Below are positions 39,387-48,615 of a DNA stretch of 64,000 nt, one piece after another (within the stretch, counting starts at the first letter, position 1; every line of letters starts with the position of its first letter). The stretch spans positions 128,784 through 192,783 of the forward strand of contig JBMOPU010000033.1 in assembly GCA_049322955.1 (NCBI GenBank). The letters are read 5' to 3'. Origin of the DNA: Patescibacteria group bacterium. GTDB taxonomy: Bacteria > Patescibacteriota > Microgenomatia > UBA10105 > UBA927. Position numbers and translations under genes: made by a program. Under the pieces are notes generated by a model. That model saw only the letters and a list, made by a program, of their open reading frames with translations, searched no databases and was not told where the DNA came from.

Positions 39387-40940
39387 ATGTTTGACGTACT
39401 TAAAACGTTATCCGGGTTAGTAAAACCCAAAAGTAGTACGAGTGGTTCCATGAAAGCGCCCGTCATTGTCCCCGTGACACAGACTCCGCCCGAACCGGTA
39501 CTCTCCGCCAAAAAAAGCAAGAAAGGCGCACAGCCGCAAGTGCCCGCGGTGGATATTGAAGCCATCAAAAAGATGGCGGAAGCACAAGCCCGGGAAATTA
39601 TCCTTGAAGCGAAAGATGAATCGCTCCGGATTCGCCGTGAAGCGGAATCCGAGATCAGACGACTTGAAGGGAGCGTCCGTGACCGGGAAATTGCCGCCGA
39701 TCGTAAGGATGCAAGTCTCATTGATCGTGAGAAACGTATTCTCGAGGCGGAAGCATCCATGCTAAAGATAAAAGCGGATATTGAAAAGACCCGCCAGGAA
39801 ACGATCACAAAACTTGAAAAAACAGCACACCTCACCCGTGATGAAGCAAAGGAACTTATCCTGAGCGAACTTCGCGGAGAGCTTGATCAGGATATCGCCA
39901 GAGAGATCAAAGAAGCGGAGGCAAAAGCAAAAGAAGAAGCGGAGGTCAAAGCCCGCGAAATATTGGTTGACGCCATGAAACACGGAGCAACCGATTATGT
40001 TCCCGAATATACGGTATCAGTTATTAAAGTAGCCGATGAGGAAGTAAAAGGAAGAATTATCGGCAAAGAGGGACGAAATATCCGTGCGTTTGAAACCGCA
40101 ACGGGGGTTGATGTGGACCTTGATGAAGAAGGAGTGATACGACTTTCGAGTTTTGATCCCGTGCGTAGGGAAATCGCCCGAGTTACTCTTGAGCGTCTGC
40201 TTCGTGACGGAAGGGTACAGCCAGGCCGTATCGAGGAGCTCATCGAACAGGTAAAGAAAGAAACAGAACGGATTATGTTCGAGGAAGGACAGAAGCTTTG
40301 TCATTCAGTGGGTGTCTATAACCTTCCGCCGCCACTTATTGCCATGCTCGGTCGGTTCAAGTACCGCTATTCCTTCGGGCAAAATATGATTGCCCATACC
40401 ATGGAAGAAACCAAAATCGGTATAGCGATTGCCCAGGAAATCGGCGCCGATGTCAATGTGGTTCGTCTCGGTTGTCTCTTGCACGACATAGGCAAGATTG
40501 TTGCCGATAAAGAGGGAAACCATATCGAGTTGGGTGTCGAACTGTGTAAAAAATACGGATTACCGCAGAAAGTGATAGATTGTGTGGCGCAACATCACGA
40601 GGATACGCCATTTACCAGCGTTGAATCCATGCTTGTCTACATTGCCGATGCGATTTCAGGAAGCAGACCGGGCGCACGGTACGAAAATTATGACGAGTAT
40701 GTCAAACGCCTGAAGGATCTTGAGGAAATTGCCAAATCCCATAAAGGGGTAACCGCAAGCTTTGCATTCCAGGCAGGTCGCGAAATACGGGTCATTGTCG
40801 ATCCCGGAACGGTCAGTGATGCCACCACCGTGGTTATGGCAAAAGAGATCCGTGACGAGATAGCGAAAAAAGTTATCGTACCCGGAAGCGTGAAGGTTAC
40901 GGTAATCCGTGAGCTTCGTGCGGTGGAAACGGTGAAATAA
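39387..40940 (+). CDS. rny: ribonuclease Y (N-terminal TM/coiled-coil, KH and HD domains)
   Basis: KH (…IGKEGRNIRAFE…) and HD (…LLHDIGK…) domains with a long coiled-coil N-terminus. Confidence 0.9.
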   Translation: MFDVLKTLSGLVKPKSSTSGSMKAPVIVPVTQTPPEPVLSAKKSKKGAQPQVPAVDIEAIKKMAEAQAREIILEAKDESLRIRREAESEIRRLEGSVRDREIAADRKDASLIDREKRILEAEASMLKIKADIEKTRQETITKLEKTAHLTRDEAKELILSELRGELDQDIAREIKEAEAKAKEEAEVKAREILVDAMKHGATDYVPEYTVSVIKVADEEVKGRIIGKEGRNIRAFETATGVDVDLDEEGVIRLSSFDPVRREIARVTLERLLRDGRVQPGRIEELIEQVKKETERIMFEEGQKLCHSVGVYNLPPPLIAMLGRFKYRYSFGQNMIAHTMEETKIGIAIAQEIGADVNVVRLGCLLHDIGKIVADKEGNHIELGVELCKKYGLPQKVIDCVAQHHEDTPFTSVESMLVYIADAISGSRPGARYENYDEYVKRLKDLEEIAKSHKGVTASFAFQAGREIRVIVDPGTVSDATTVVMAKEIRDEIAKKVIVPGSVKVTVIRELRAVETVK

Positions 40941-40946
40941 ACATAT

Positions 40947-41025
40947 TCGAGACAAAACCTACGGTTTTTTCTCGACGCGGAGCGGGCATAGCCCGCGTAA
41001 CGCTGCCGCTGCTCTTTTTCCCTCA
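40947..41025 (+). other. structured element copy B. It has a bulged hairpin with a C/U mismatch (40947-40975), a second hairpin (40982-40996) and a pyrimidine tract CTGCTCTTTTTCCCTCA (41009-41025).
   Basis: tcgaga-c-aaaacc-tac-ggtttt-t-tctcga, then gcgggc-ata-gcccgc. Compensatory substitutions relative to copy A preserve both helices. Confidence 0.45.
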
Positions 41026-41232
41026 ATACGCAAGCAAGAAAAATATTTATTTTCTTTATTGGATTGTCGGGACAATCCAAAATGTTTATGTGTTGCGATT
41101 TAGATTGTTATACTGCGATGTACTAAATGATAGGTTGACAGGACGCGCTGTATCTTTTACATTGCCTCGTAGAGATTGTTGCAACAATCCCTTAATAAAA
41201 ATTTCTTGTCCTAACCCTCTGCCCAAAAGGAG

Positions 41233-41517
41233 GTGAATTTCTCCATGACCAAAGCAGATCTCGTTGATGTCGTTGCAAAAAAAGCAAATCTGACCGCAAA
41301 AGCCGCACGCGAAGCAGTCGGCGCCGTATTCGGAGCCGTTACTGATGCATTGAAAAAAGGCGACAAGGTTGTCGTCACCGGTTTCGGTACCTTTATGGTA
41401 CGATCCCGCAAAGCACGCACTGGCCGCAACCCGCAGACCGGGGTGGCGATCAATATTGCCGCACGAAAAACTCCTGGTTTCACCGCCGGGAAGGCACTCA
41501 AAAAAGTCGTTCGTTAA
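41233..41517 (+). CDS. hup: DNA-binding protein HU
   Basis: MTKADLVDVVAKKANLTAKAAREAV… is typical of HU/IHF. AAGGAGG Shine-Dalgarno sequence. Confidence 0.9.
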   Translation: MNFSMTKADLVDVVAKKANLTAKAAREAVGAVFGAVTDALKKGDKVVVTGFGTFMVRSRKARTGRNPQTGVAINIAARKTPGFTAGKALKKVVR

Positions 41518-41546
41518 CAGTTTTACTTTTTTTGAAAGAGGCTCGC

Positions 41547-41600
41547 TTTGTTTTTACAGGCGAGTCTCTTTTTTTGCGCAAGAGACTTGCAGAGTACAAC
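41547..41600 (+). terminator. hairpin (agaggctcgc…gcgagtctct) plus a T7 run after hup
   Basis: An imperfect 10-bp inverted repeat followed by TTTTTTT. Read directly. Confidence 0.4.
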
Positions 41601-41623
41601 GTAAGTTACTATACTTATTTCAT

Positions 41624-42472
41624 ATGCCACCAAAAGGTAAACGCAAACGAGCATCACTGAAGCTTGATACGGAAAGCGGACAGATACAGGAGAGTGATTT
41701 TTCCGCGTCCGATTCTTCAGAACAAAAAGAGCCAGCGGTTCGACAGGTTGTTGAAGTTGTTGAAGAAAATTCCATCCCCGAAGCCATAGAGACCATCAAA
41801 AAAGATGCCGAAGAAATCGCCGAGGCGGTATCGGATATAGAAGAAGAAGTCTCCGAAGAAGTAAAAGAAAAAGAAACCGAGGAAGCCGCGGCGGAAATGT
41901 CTCAAACTTCCATGGCACATGAAGAAACCGCAAGTACCCACAAAGGGGGAGTGGAATCGTTATTTGTGAAATCCGAACCGGGAATCAGCCCGGAAATCAC
42001 CGTTGTCGGGAAACGCGGCACTCCTCTCGGCGTGTGGGTTGGTGCAATGCTTGGTGTTGCGCTTGCCATTGGTGTATCGTTGGTGCTTTTGGTAAAAGGT
42101 CCGCCGACGTTTTCATTTATGAAGCCGACGCCCACGCCGACGCCCATGCCTACCGTCGCTCCGACACCGAGTCCCGTATCCGTCAATAAGTCTGATATCA
42201 AAATCGCCGTATTAAACGGCGGAGGTACTCCGGGAGCGGGAAGCAAAATGAAAACATTTCTTGAAGGAAAAGGCTACACCGTGGTAAGTGTCGGCAACGC
42301 GAAGGAATATACCTATACGCAAACGGAAGTCCAGACCAAATCGGGTAAAGACGAGTATGCAACACTCATCACCGATGATCTCAAGGCAGATTATGTCGTA
42401 GGCTCCTCGTCCGCCGTCGTTGAAGAAAGCGCGGCCTATGATGTGCAGGTCGTCGTCGGGAAAGAGGAATAA
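41624..42472 (+). CDS. membrane protein with an acidic N-terminal region, one TM helix, a Pro/Thr linker and a C-terminal LytR_C-like domain
   Basis: Start at MPPKGKRKR. The track ORF start at 41369 overlaps hup and was rejected. The C-terminus (IKIAVLNGGGTPGAGSKMKTFLEGKGYTVVSVGNA…) resembles the LytR/CpsA/Psr C-terminal domain. Confidence 0.55.
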   Translation: MPPKGKRKRASLKLDTESGQIQESDFSASDSSEQKEPAVRQVVEVVEENSIPEAIETIKKDAEEIAEAVSDIEEEVSEEVKEKETEEAAAEMSQTSMAHEETASTHKGGVESLFVKSEPGISPEITVVGKRGTPLGVWVGAMLGVALAIGVSLVLLVKGPPTFSFMKPTPTPTPMPTVAPTPSPVSVNKSDIKIAVLNGGGTPGAGSKMKTFLEGKGYTVVSVGNAKEYTYTQTEVQTKSGKDEYATLITDDLKADYVVGSSSAVVEESAAYDVQVVVGKEE

Positions 42473-42497
42473 CGCTCCTTCTTGCCTTGCTATCCCC

Positions 42498-43247
42498 ATG
42501 AAGTACAAAGCAATATTTCTTGATGTTGACGGTACCACCGTACGGCACGGTATCGATAACCTTCCCTCGCCTCGTGTCACTCAGGCGGTTACTGCCGCAA
42601 TGGAACGGGGTGTTGTGGTGGGACTCGCAACTTCTCGCCCTCCGCGGTCGGTAATTCGAGTCATCGAACATTTGCAATTGAACGGACATTCCGTGCTCTC
42701 CAGCGGTTCAGAGATATACGATCCAAAGAAAAAGGAAGTTGTTATACGAAAAGCATTTCCCATCACCGCGATCCCACATATTCTCAATGCGGCAAACAGG
42801 CATCATGCATCAGTTCGCATATATGACGGGAAAGAAGAGTTTGTTTATACGGGAGGAGCGGTGCCGGAACAGGTATTGGGAATGTACTTTCCTGAGGTAA
42901 CGCCTGCGACACTGCAGGATCTGTCAAAGGAACTATCAACGGTGGAAGGTATTTCCCTCCACCGCATGGAAGCATGGAATAACGGTTTTGAATGTTTAGA
43001 TATCGTTCGCTCGGATACTTCCAAATTACATGGGGTCGTTGAAGTGCTCCGATTATCGGGAATACCGGTATCTGAGGTAATTGGCATTGGGGATGGGTAC
43101 AACGATTTTCCCTTACTGCTTGCCTGCGGATTGAAAATTGCCATGGGCAACGCCGTCCCTGAACTTAAGGCGATTGCCGATTTTGTGGCGCCTTCCGTGG
43201 ATGAAGACGGGGTAGCAATGGTTATCGAAAAGTTTCTCCTCAGCTGA
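42498..43247 (+). CDS. Cof-type HAD-IIB family phosphatase
   Basis: FLDVDGT motif and C-terminal GDGYND. Start at MKYKAIFLDVDGTTV. Confidence 0.75.
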   Translation: MKYKAIFLDVDGTTVRHGIDNLPSPRVTQAVTAAMERGVVVGLATSRPPRSVIRVIEHLQLNGHSVLSSGSEIYDPKKKEVVIRKAFPITAIPHILNAANRHHASVRIYDGKEEFVYTGGAVPEQVLGMYFPEVTPATLQDLSKELSTVEGISLHRMEAWNNGFECLDIVRSDTSKLHGVVEVLRLSGIPVSEVIGIGDGYNDFPLLLACGLKIAMGNAVPELKAIADFVAPSVDEDGVAMVIEKFLLS

Positions 43248-43294
43248 CCCCCGTACTCCTCGAAAAAGCGATTTGATGGTAAAATATACCTCGC

Positions 43295-44518
43295 ATGAAA
43301 TACTACATTAAAACCTTCGGCTGTGCCGCCAACGAAGCGGATTCAGAGCGTGTTGCGGCCTTTTATGAAGCCCGGGGGTATTCGCGTGCCCGATCAATGA
43401 AAACCGCAGATGATGTGGTGATCAACACCTGTATGATCAGGGCATCCGCCGAACATCGTGTCTACGGATTAGTGCACAACCTCACCCAGGAAAAGAAAAA
43501 AGGGAGGAAAGTGAAAATTGTTGTTACCGGGTGCATGGTCGGTATGGCGGCACGAGAAAAAACCGGACGGATGCTTTCCGTACTTGCCAAAAAAATGCCC
43601 GGGGTCGATGAATTTCTGCCCATTGAAGAAGTAGGGTTTGATTTTGCGCCACTCCGAAATGATCCGCATCATGCGCTGGTTCCCATCACCAACGGATGCA
43701 ATAATTTTTGCACCTTCTGCGTCGTTCCATTTACCAGAGGACGGGAGATCAGCAGGCCGATGCGCGATATCATATGCGAGATTGAAGAATTGGCAAAAAG
43801 GGGTGTAGCACATGTCACCCTTGTCGGGCAGAACGTCAACTCCTACGGCGCGGATTTGCTTTTGGGAGCGGATAACGTTCAGACCATGAGGGATCTTCCC
43901 GACAAAAAATACTTTCGTGATGAGACTATTGCCGAACAAACGAATAAAATCTTTACGGTGGACGGCAAAAAAGTAAAACCCACGTATGTGAAACATTTGG
44001 GTCGCTTACGGATTCCGACGCTTTTTCCAGAGTTGCTTCGAAAGATATGTGCCATAGACGGCATAGAGCTTATCGACTTTATTTCCAGCAATCCGTGGGA
44101 TTTTTCTGAAGATTTGATAGATGTAATCGCAAAAAATCCGAAAATATCACGGCGACTCCATCTCCCGGTGCAGGCGGGGGACAACGAGGTACTCCGGAAG
44201 ATGAACCGATGGTACACACGCGAAGAATACCTGTCGCTCGTAGAAAAACTCAAAATGCATATCCCCGGAGTTACCATCAGCACCGATATTATCGTGGGAT
44301 TTCCGGGAGAAACGGAAGATCAATTTAATAATACCGTTGATTTGGCGAAACATGTGGGATTTAGTAAGGCGTATGTGGCGATTTATTCCGACCGTCCGAT
44401 GACGGCGGCCCATAAAGTTCTGTCGGATGATGTACCATATAAAGAAAAGAAACGGCGATGGCGGGTGCTTGAAGAACTCATCAATATCACTAACTTACGT
44501 GCGGGCACCTATCAATGA
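43295..44518 (+). CDS. miaB: MiaB-family radical-SAM methylthiotransferase lacking the C-terminal TRAM domain
   Basis: MTTase N-domain Cys triad plus the radical SAM motif CNNFCTFC. The protein ends about 45 aa after the radical-SAM core. It overlaps the miaA start. Confidence 0.7.
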   Translation: MKYYIKTFGCAANEADSERVAAFYEARGYSRARSMKTADDVVINTCMIRASAEHRVYGLVHNLTQEKKKGRKVKIVVTGCMVGMAAREKTGRMLSVLAKKMPGVDEFLPIEEVGFDFAPLRNDPHHALVPITNGCNNFCTFCVVPFTRGREISRPMRDIICEIEELAKRGVAHVTLVGQNVNSYGADLLLGADNVQTMRDLPDKKYFRDETIAEQTNKIFTVDGKKVKPTYVKHLGRLRIPTLFPELLRKICAIDGIELIDFISSNPWDFSEDLIDVIAKNPKISRRLHLPVQAGDNEVLRKMNRWYTREEYLSLVEKLKMHIPGVTISTDIIVGFPGETEDQFNNTVDLAKHVGFSKAYVAIYSDRPMTAAHKVLSDDVPYKEKKRRWRVLEELINITNLRAGTYQ

Positions 44519-45477
44519 GAGCACTTGTTGTCGCCGGAACAACGGCAACCGGAAAAACTGCATTAGCACTGAGTCTCGCCAAACGTTTTCACGGCGAACT
44601 GGTGAGTGCCGATTCGCGACAAATATATCAGGGATTGCGGGTGCTTTCCGGACAGGATGTCCCGCCGGGTGTCCGGCCTGTTTTTTGTAAAGAAGTCATT
44701 CATAAATCACATCGATACCCGCTTGTTACCTATGCAATCGAAGGGATTCCCGTGTGGTTGTATGATGCCCTTACTCCTTCGCAACCGTGCAATATCTCGC
44801 TCTATCGTGCTCTCGCTCTTGAGGCCATACGAGATATTTCCGCCCGAGGGAAACTTCCGATTATCGTCGGCGGCGCGGGATTATATATTGATGCGATTTT
44901 TTTGCCCCCCGAAACGATCGATATCCCCGTCAATGCGGCGCTTCGCCACCGGCTCACGCTGGTTCCCGTTCCTTTGCTTCAAAAACAATTACAGGACATT
45001 GATGCCGCAAAGTACGGACGCATGAATAATTCGGACAGAAATAATCCCCGTCGCTTGGTACGGGCTCTTGAGGTGGCGGTATGGCAACAGCGCCATCCCC
45101 ATGTCAAACCGAGCGGACAGGAATCGGTCGAAGGATTATGGATAGGTCTCACCAGGGATTCTGATGAACTTTCGTCACGTATCGCATCGAGAGTGGACAA
45201 ACGTTGGCATGGAGCGATTGAAGAGGTAAAGCGCATACGTGCTCTTGCATCTTTCGCGGTGCGCACGTCGCTGGGGGTAGCGGAAATTACCGCCTATCTT
45301 GACGGCGCGCTTTCAGAACGGGAAGCGAAGGAGCAATGGACGAGGAACGAACATGCATACGCGCTACGGCAACTGCGGTGGTTTAAAAAACGGCAATATA
45401 TATATTGGTACAATGCGGCAAGCGAGGATACTCAGCGACTAGTGGTGGAGAGGGTGAGCGGATGGTATACTAAATAA
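44515..45477 (+). CDS. miaA: tRNA dimethylallyltransferase
   Basis: P-loop GTTATGKT and the IPT fold. Confidence 0.85.
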   Translation: MRALVVAGTTATGKTALALSLAKRFHGELVSADSRQIYQGLRVLSGQDVPPGVRPVFCKEVIHKSHRYPLVTYAIEGIPVWLYDALTPSQPCNISLYRALALEAIRDISARGKLPIIVGGAGLYIDAIFLPPETIDIPVNAALRHRLTLVPVPLLQKQLQDIDAAKYGRMNNSDRNNPRRLVRALEVAVWQQRHPHVKPSGQESVEGLWIGLTRDSDELSSRIASRVDKRWHGAIEEVKRIRALASFAVRTSLGVAEITAYLDGALSEREAKEQWTRNEHAYALRQLRWFKKRQYIYWYNAASEDTQRLVVERVSGWYTK

Positions 45478-45480
45478 ACT

Positions 45481-46464
45481 ATGCCGACAAAGATCGAAAT
45501 ATCCCATCGAACCATTATTTTTACCCTGATCCTGTTGGGAAGTCTTTGGTTTATCCTGCAGATAAGGGATATACTCTTTTTACTCTTTATTTCGTTTATC
45601 CTCATGTCGGCGCTTCGACCCCTTGTGGACGGACTGGAGCGGATGCGCATTCCGCGGGTCGTTTCCATTCTGTCTCTTTACGGACTTATTTTCGGCGGCC
45701 TAGGTGCGTGGGTGGCAAGCATGATTCCCTCGCTTGTCAGCCAATCGGGAAAACTGTTTGCTCAGCTACCGGAGTTTCTTTCCCGGGCATTCCCATACAT
45801 ATCATCGGATATTCAATCACTGATGCAACAGGTGGCTCCCGTTGGAGAAAATCTGCTTCGGGTAACCGTCGGGGTGTTTTCAAATTTGATTTCGATGTTC
45901 ACCGTCATGACTTTTACGTTCTATTTTTTGCTGGAACGACGGCATCTTCGTGATATGTTGGCAACACTGCTTGGTGACGCTACGGGAGAACGGGTATTTG
46001 GCGTTCTTATCCAAATTGAAAAACGGTTAGGTGCCTGGGTGCTCGGCGAATTGTGCCTTATGGGTATCGTGGGGATATTGGTGTATGCGGGATTGTTTTT
46101 CCTGCGCGTTGAATTTGCGCTTCCGCTTGCCATATTGGCAGGAATTTTGGAAATTGTGCCTACCATCGGTCCCACCGTATCGGCAATACCCGCTGTTCTG
46201 GTCGCGTTCGGGAGTTCTCCGCTCTTAGCGATCTCGGTCGTTGCTCTCTACATCATTGTCCAACAGATTGAAAACAATTTGCTTGTGCCGCTGGTTATGC
46301 GAAAGAGCGTAGGATTATCTCCCGTCCTGACCATTCTTGCGCTTATGATCGGAGGACGGTTTGGCGGAGTTACGGGTGCGATCCTTGCAGTGCCGGTACT
46401 GTTGGCCATACAGGAAATCGTTAATTCATTCCCCGTAGGAAACCAAAAGCCAAAGAAAGAATAA
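45481..46464 (+). CDS. AI-2E family (PerM/UPF0118) transporter
   Basis: Eight TM helices in the AI-2E family pattern. Confidence 0.75.
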   Translation: MPTKIEISHRTIIFTLILLGSLWFILQIRDILFLLFISFILMSALRPLVDGLERMRIPRVVSILSLYGLIFGGLGAWVASMIPSLVSQSGKLFAQLPEFLSRAFPYISSDIQSLMQQVAPVGENLLRVTVGVFSNLISMFTVMTFTFYFLLERRHLRDMLATLLGDATGERVFGVLIQIEKRLGAWVLGELCLMGIVGILVYAGLFFLRVEFALPLAILAGILEIVPTIGPTVSAIPAVLVAFGSSPLLAISVVALYIIVQQIENNLLVPLVMRKSVGLSPVLTILALMIGGRFGGVTGAILAVPVLLAIQEIVNSFPVGNQKPKKE

Positions 46465-46487
46465 CTCGGCATCTTCCCGGATTTTTT

Positions 46488-46670
46488 ACGCACCTTGGGA
46501 TCCTCGGGCTACACGCGCACTCCGCGCAGTTCACAAAAAACCCATATTTCTATGGGTTTTCTTGGTGCACCTTGGAATCCTTGGGGCTACTCCCGTGTTC
46601 TCCCTCGGTATAAACAAAAACTCATGTTTAATCATGAGTTTTTGTTTGCACCTCAGGATCCTCGTAAGCC
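46488..46670. repeat. degenerate tandem array of about 2.5 copies with an ~80-nt period. Each unit has a 24-nt motif GCACCTYRGRATCCTYG…GCYAC (46488, 46566, 46647). A palindromic terminator-like hairpin follows the first two motifs (46535-46560, 46616-46643).
   Basis: Read directly from the sequence. The array lies inside a 616-nt non-coding gap (46465-47080). Confidence 0.6.
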
Positions 46671-47080
46671 AGATTCTGTTTTGAGACACTCATTTCTCTG
46701 TGCCCGTACTCTTTGGTCCTCCCGAATGCGTGGTAGTAACGGACCGGTCGCCGGTTGCAGCGGGTGGGATTGCCAACGTTTCACCCATCTTCCGAGCCGA
46801 GTTTCGGCTGGCGGCTGATGATCGTCTCTGTGGCTCTCTCAACCTGTCGATTCAGATATCGTTCCTTATCTCTTTCGAAATAAAGACACCCGATCTTTCG
46901 ACGCTCCGCTTACACGGAGTCCCCTGCATTCTGCTGTCTGGACTTTCCTCCCGCCCTCACTGCCCAAAGGGCTGAGAGGCGAGCGAGTGTCCGGGTTCCC
47001 AAGGTACAGCTTATAGTATATATCATATGTGTAAGATATTCCACTGAAACGGCCGGGGATTCGGGGTATGGTGAGAAGTA

Positions 47081-48610
47081 ATGCTTGCCAAAATCCTGTC
47101 CGGAGCAGTGGTCGGATTAACGCCGGTTCCCATTACCGTTGAGGTTGATATTTCATCAAATAGTCTCCCTTCATTTACGATTGTCGGCCTTCCCGACAAA
47201 GCGGTTGAGGAAAGCAAAGAGCGGGTGCGCGCGGCTATACGAAACAGCGGCGCTTCATTTCCCGATCATCGGGTGACGGTTAATCTTGCGCCCGCTGATC
47301 TCCCCAAAGCCGGTCCCGCCTATGATCTCCCGATTGCCGTGGGTATTCTTATCGCCTCGGGGCAGTTACCGCCGCTTACGAAAGAAGCACTTTTCTTAGG
47401 CGAATTGTCACTGGACGGCACCCTCCGACACACGAATGCGGTGCTCCCCATCACGATGATGCTCAAGGGGAACAAAACAACAAATACCTGTTATGTGCCG
47501 CTTATTGATGCCAAAGAAGCCGCCGTGACCGGCGGCATCGTCGTGTATCCCGTGCCATCCCTTATCGGGTTGTTTCACCATCTTACCGGTACAACGAAAA
47601 TTATTCCCCAAACGCATACGGATATTTCATTGTCCGCCTCGCCGTCCGCGTTTGCGTTCGATTTTTCCGACGTGGCAGGACAGGAACAGGTAAAGCGGGC
47701 GCTCGAAATCGCGGCGGCGGGAGCGCATAACGTATTCATGCAGGGACCGCCCGGAGCGGGAAAAACAATGCTTGCCAGGTGTTTGCCTTCGATCCTTCCC
47801 CCCATGACGGAGGAAGAGGCACTTGAGGTAACGAAGATATACTCCATTACCGGCAACTTGCCTCCGGGAGAATCACTTGTTACCTTTCGTCCGTTTCGTT
47901 CACCGCACCACACGACCTCGCGAGCGGGATTAATCGGCGGAGGTGCAAAACTTATCCCGGGTGAAATATCTCTTGCGCATCGGGGCGTACTTTTTATTGA
48001 CGAGTTGCCGGAGTGTCCCCGACATGTCCTTGAGGCATTACGTCAGCCAATTGAAGACGGTGTCGTCACCATTTCCCGTGCGGCGGGATCCGTACAGTAT
48101 CCGGCAAAATTTATGTTTGTCGCGGCGGCAAATCCGTGTCCTTGCGGCAACTTTCGTTCGGTGACACGCGAGTGTACCTGTTTGCCTGCGGCAGTGCTTC
48201 GGTACCAAAAGCGTATCTCAGGGCCACTTATGGATAGAATTGATATGCACGTTCATGTGCCGACCGTCGCCACTGAAAAACTTATCGGCGGGGGGAATGC
48301 CGAATCTTCGTATATCGTCCGCAGACGTGTGCAACGGGCAAGGGCACGACAGTGGGAACGATTGCGAAAGCTTGGGGTATCCGCCAACGCCGAAATGACG
48401 ACAAAACAAGTAAAGGAATATTGTCCGTTAACCCCTGATGTCCGTGAATTTATGCGCCACGCGGTATCCCGTTTCTCTCTTTCCGCGCGAAGCTATTACC
48501 GGGTCATTAAGGTTGCTCAAACCATTACCGATCTTTGCGGCGGCAATACTATCACACTCCCACATGTTGCCGAAGCACTGCAATACCGGGCAAAAGACGC
48601 ATCGGTATAG
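47081..48610 (+). CDS. YifB/ComM-family Mg-chelatase-like AAA+ ATPase
   Basis: N-terminal Lon-like domain, AAA+ Walker A GPPGAGKTMLA and C-terminal domain, typical of YifB. Confidence 0.85.
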   Translation: MLAKILSGAVVGLTPVPITVEVDISSNSLPSFTIVGLPDKAVEESKERVRAAIRNSGASFPDHRVTVNLAPADLPKAGPAYDLPIAVGILIASGQLPPLTKEALFLGELSLDGTLRHTNAVLPITMMLKGNKTTNTCYVPLIDAKEAAVTGGIVVYPVPSLIGLFHHLTGTTKIIPQTHTDISLSASPSAFAFDFSDVAGQEQVKRALEIAAAGAHNVFMQGPPGAGKTMLARCLPSILPPMTEEEALEVTKIYSITGNLPPGESLVTFRPFRSPHHTTSRAGLIGGGAKLIPGEISLAHRGVLFIDELPECPRHVLEALRQPIEDGVVTISRAAGSVQYPAKFMFVAAANPCPCGNFRSVTRECTCLPAAVLRYQKRISGPLMDRIDMHVHVPTVATEKLIGGGNAESSYIVRRRVQRARARQWERLRKLGVSANAEMTTKQVKEYCPLTPDVREFMRHAVSRFSLSARSYYRVIKVAQTITDLCGGNTITLPHVAEALQYRAKDASV

Positions 48611-48615
48611 CTTTT

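Noticed and set aside
41369-41623. Track ORF start that overlaps hup in another frame
   Set aside because: The true start is the ATG at 41624, after the hup terminator. The overlapping portion has no coding signal.
46488-46670. CRISPR array
   Set aside because: The repeats are degenerate (about 75-85% identity), number only 2.5, and have an ~80-nt period with no uniform spacers. No cas genes are nearby.
46465-47080. RNase P RNA, tmRNA or SRP RNA in the 616-nt gap
   Set aside because: I looked for the P4 GGAAAGTCCGGGC / ACAGAACCCGGCTTA pair, a tmRNA tRNA-like 3' end with a tag ORF, and the SRP GGAA tetraloop motif. Only weak partial resemblances were found (for example GTCCGGGTTCCCAAGGTAC), in the wrong relative positions. 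This is not supportable without a covariance-model search.
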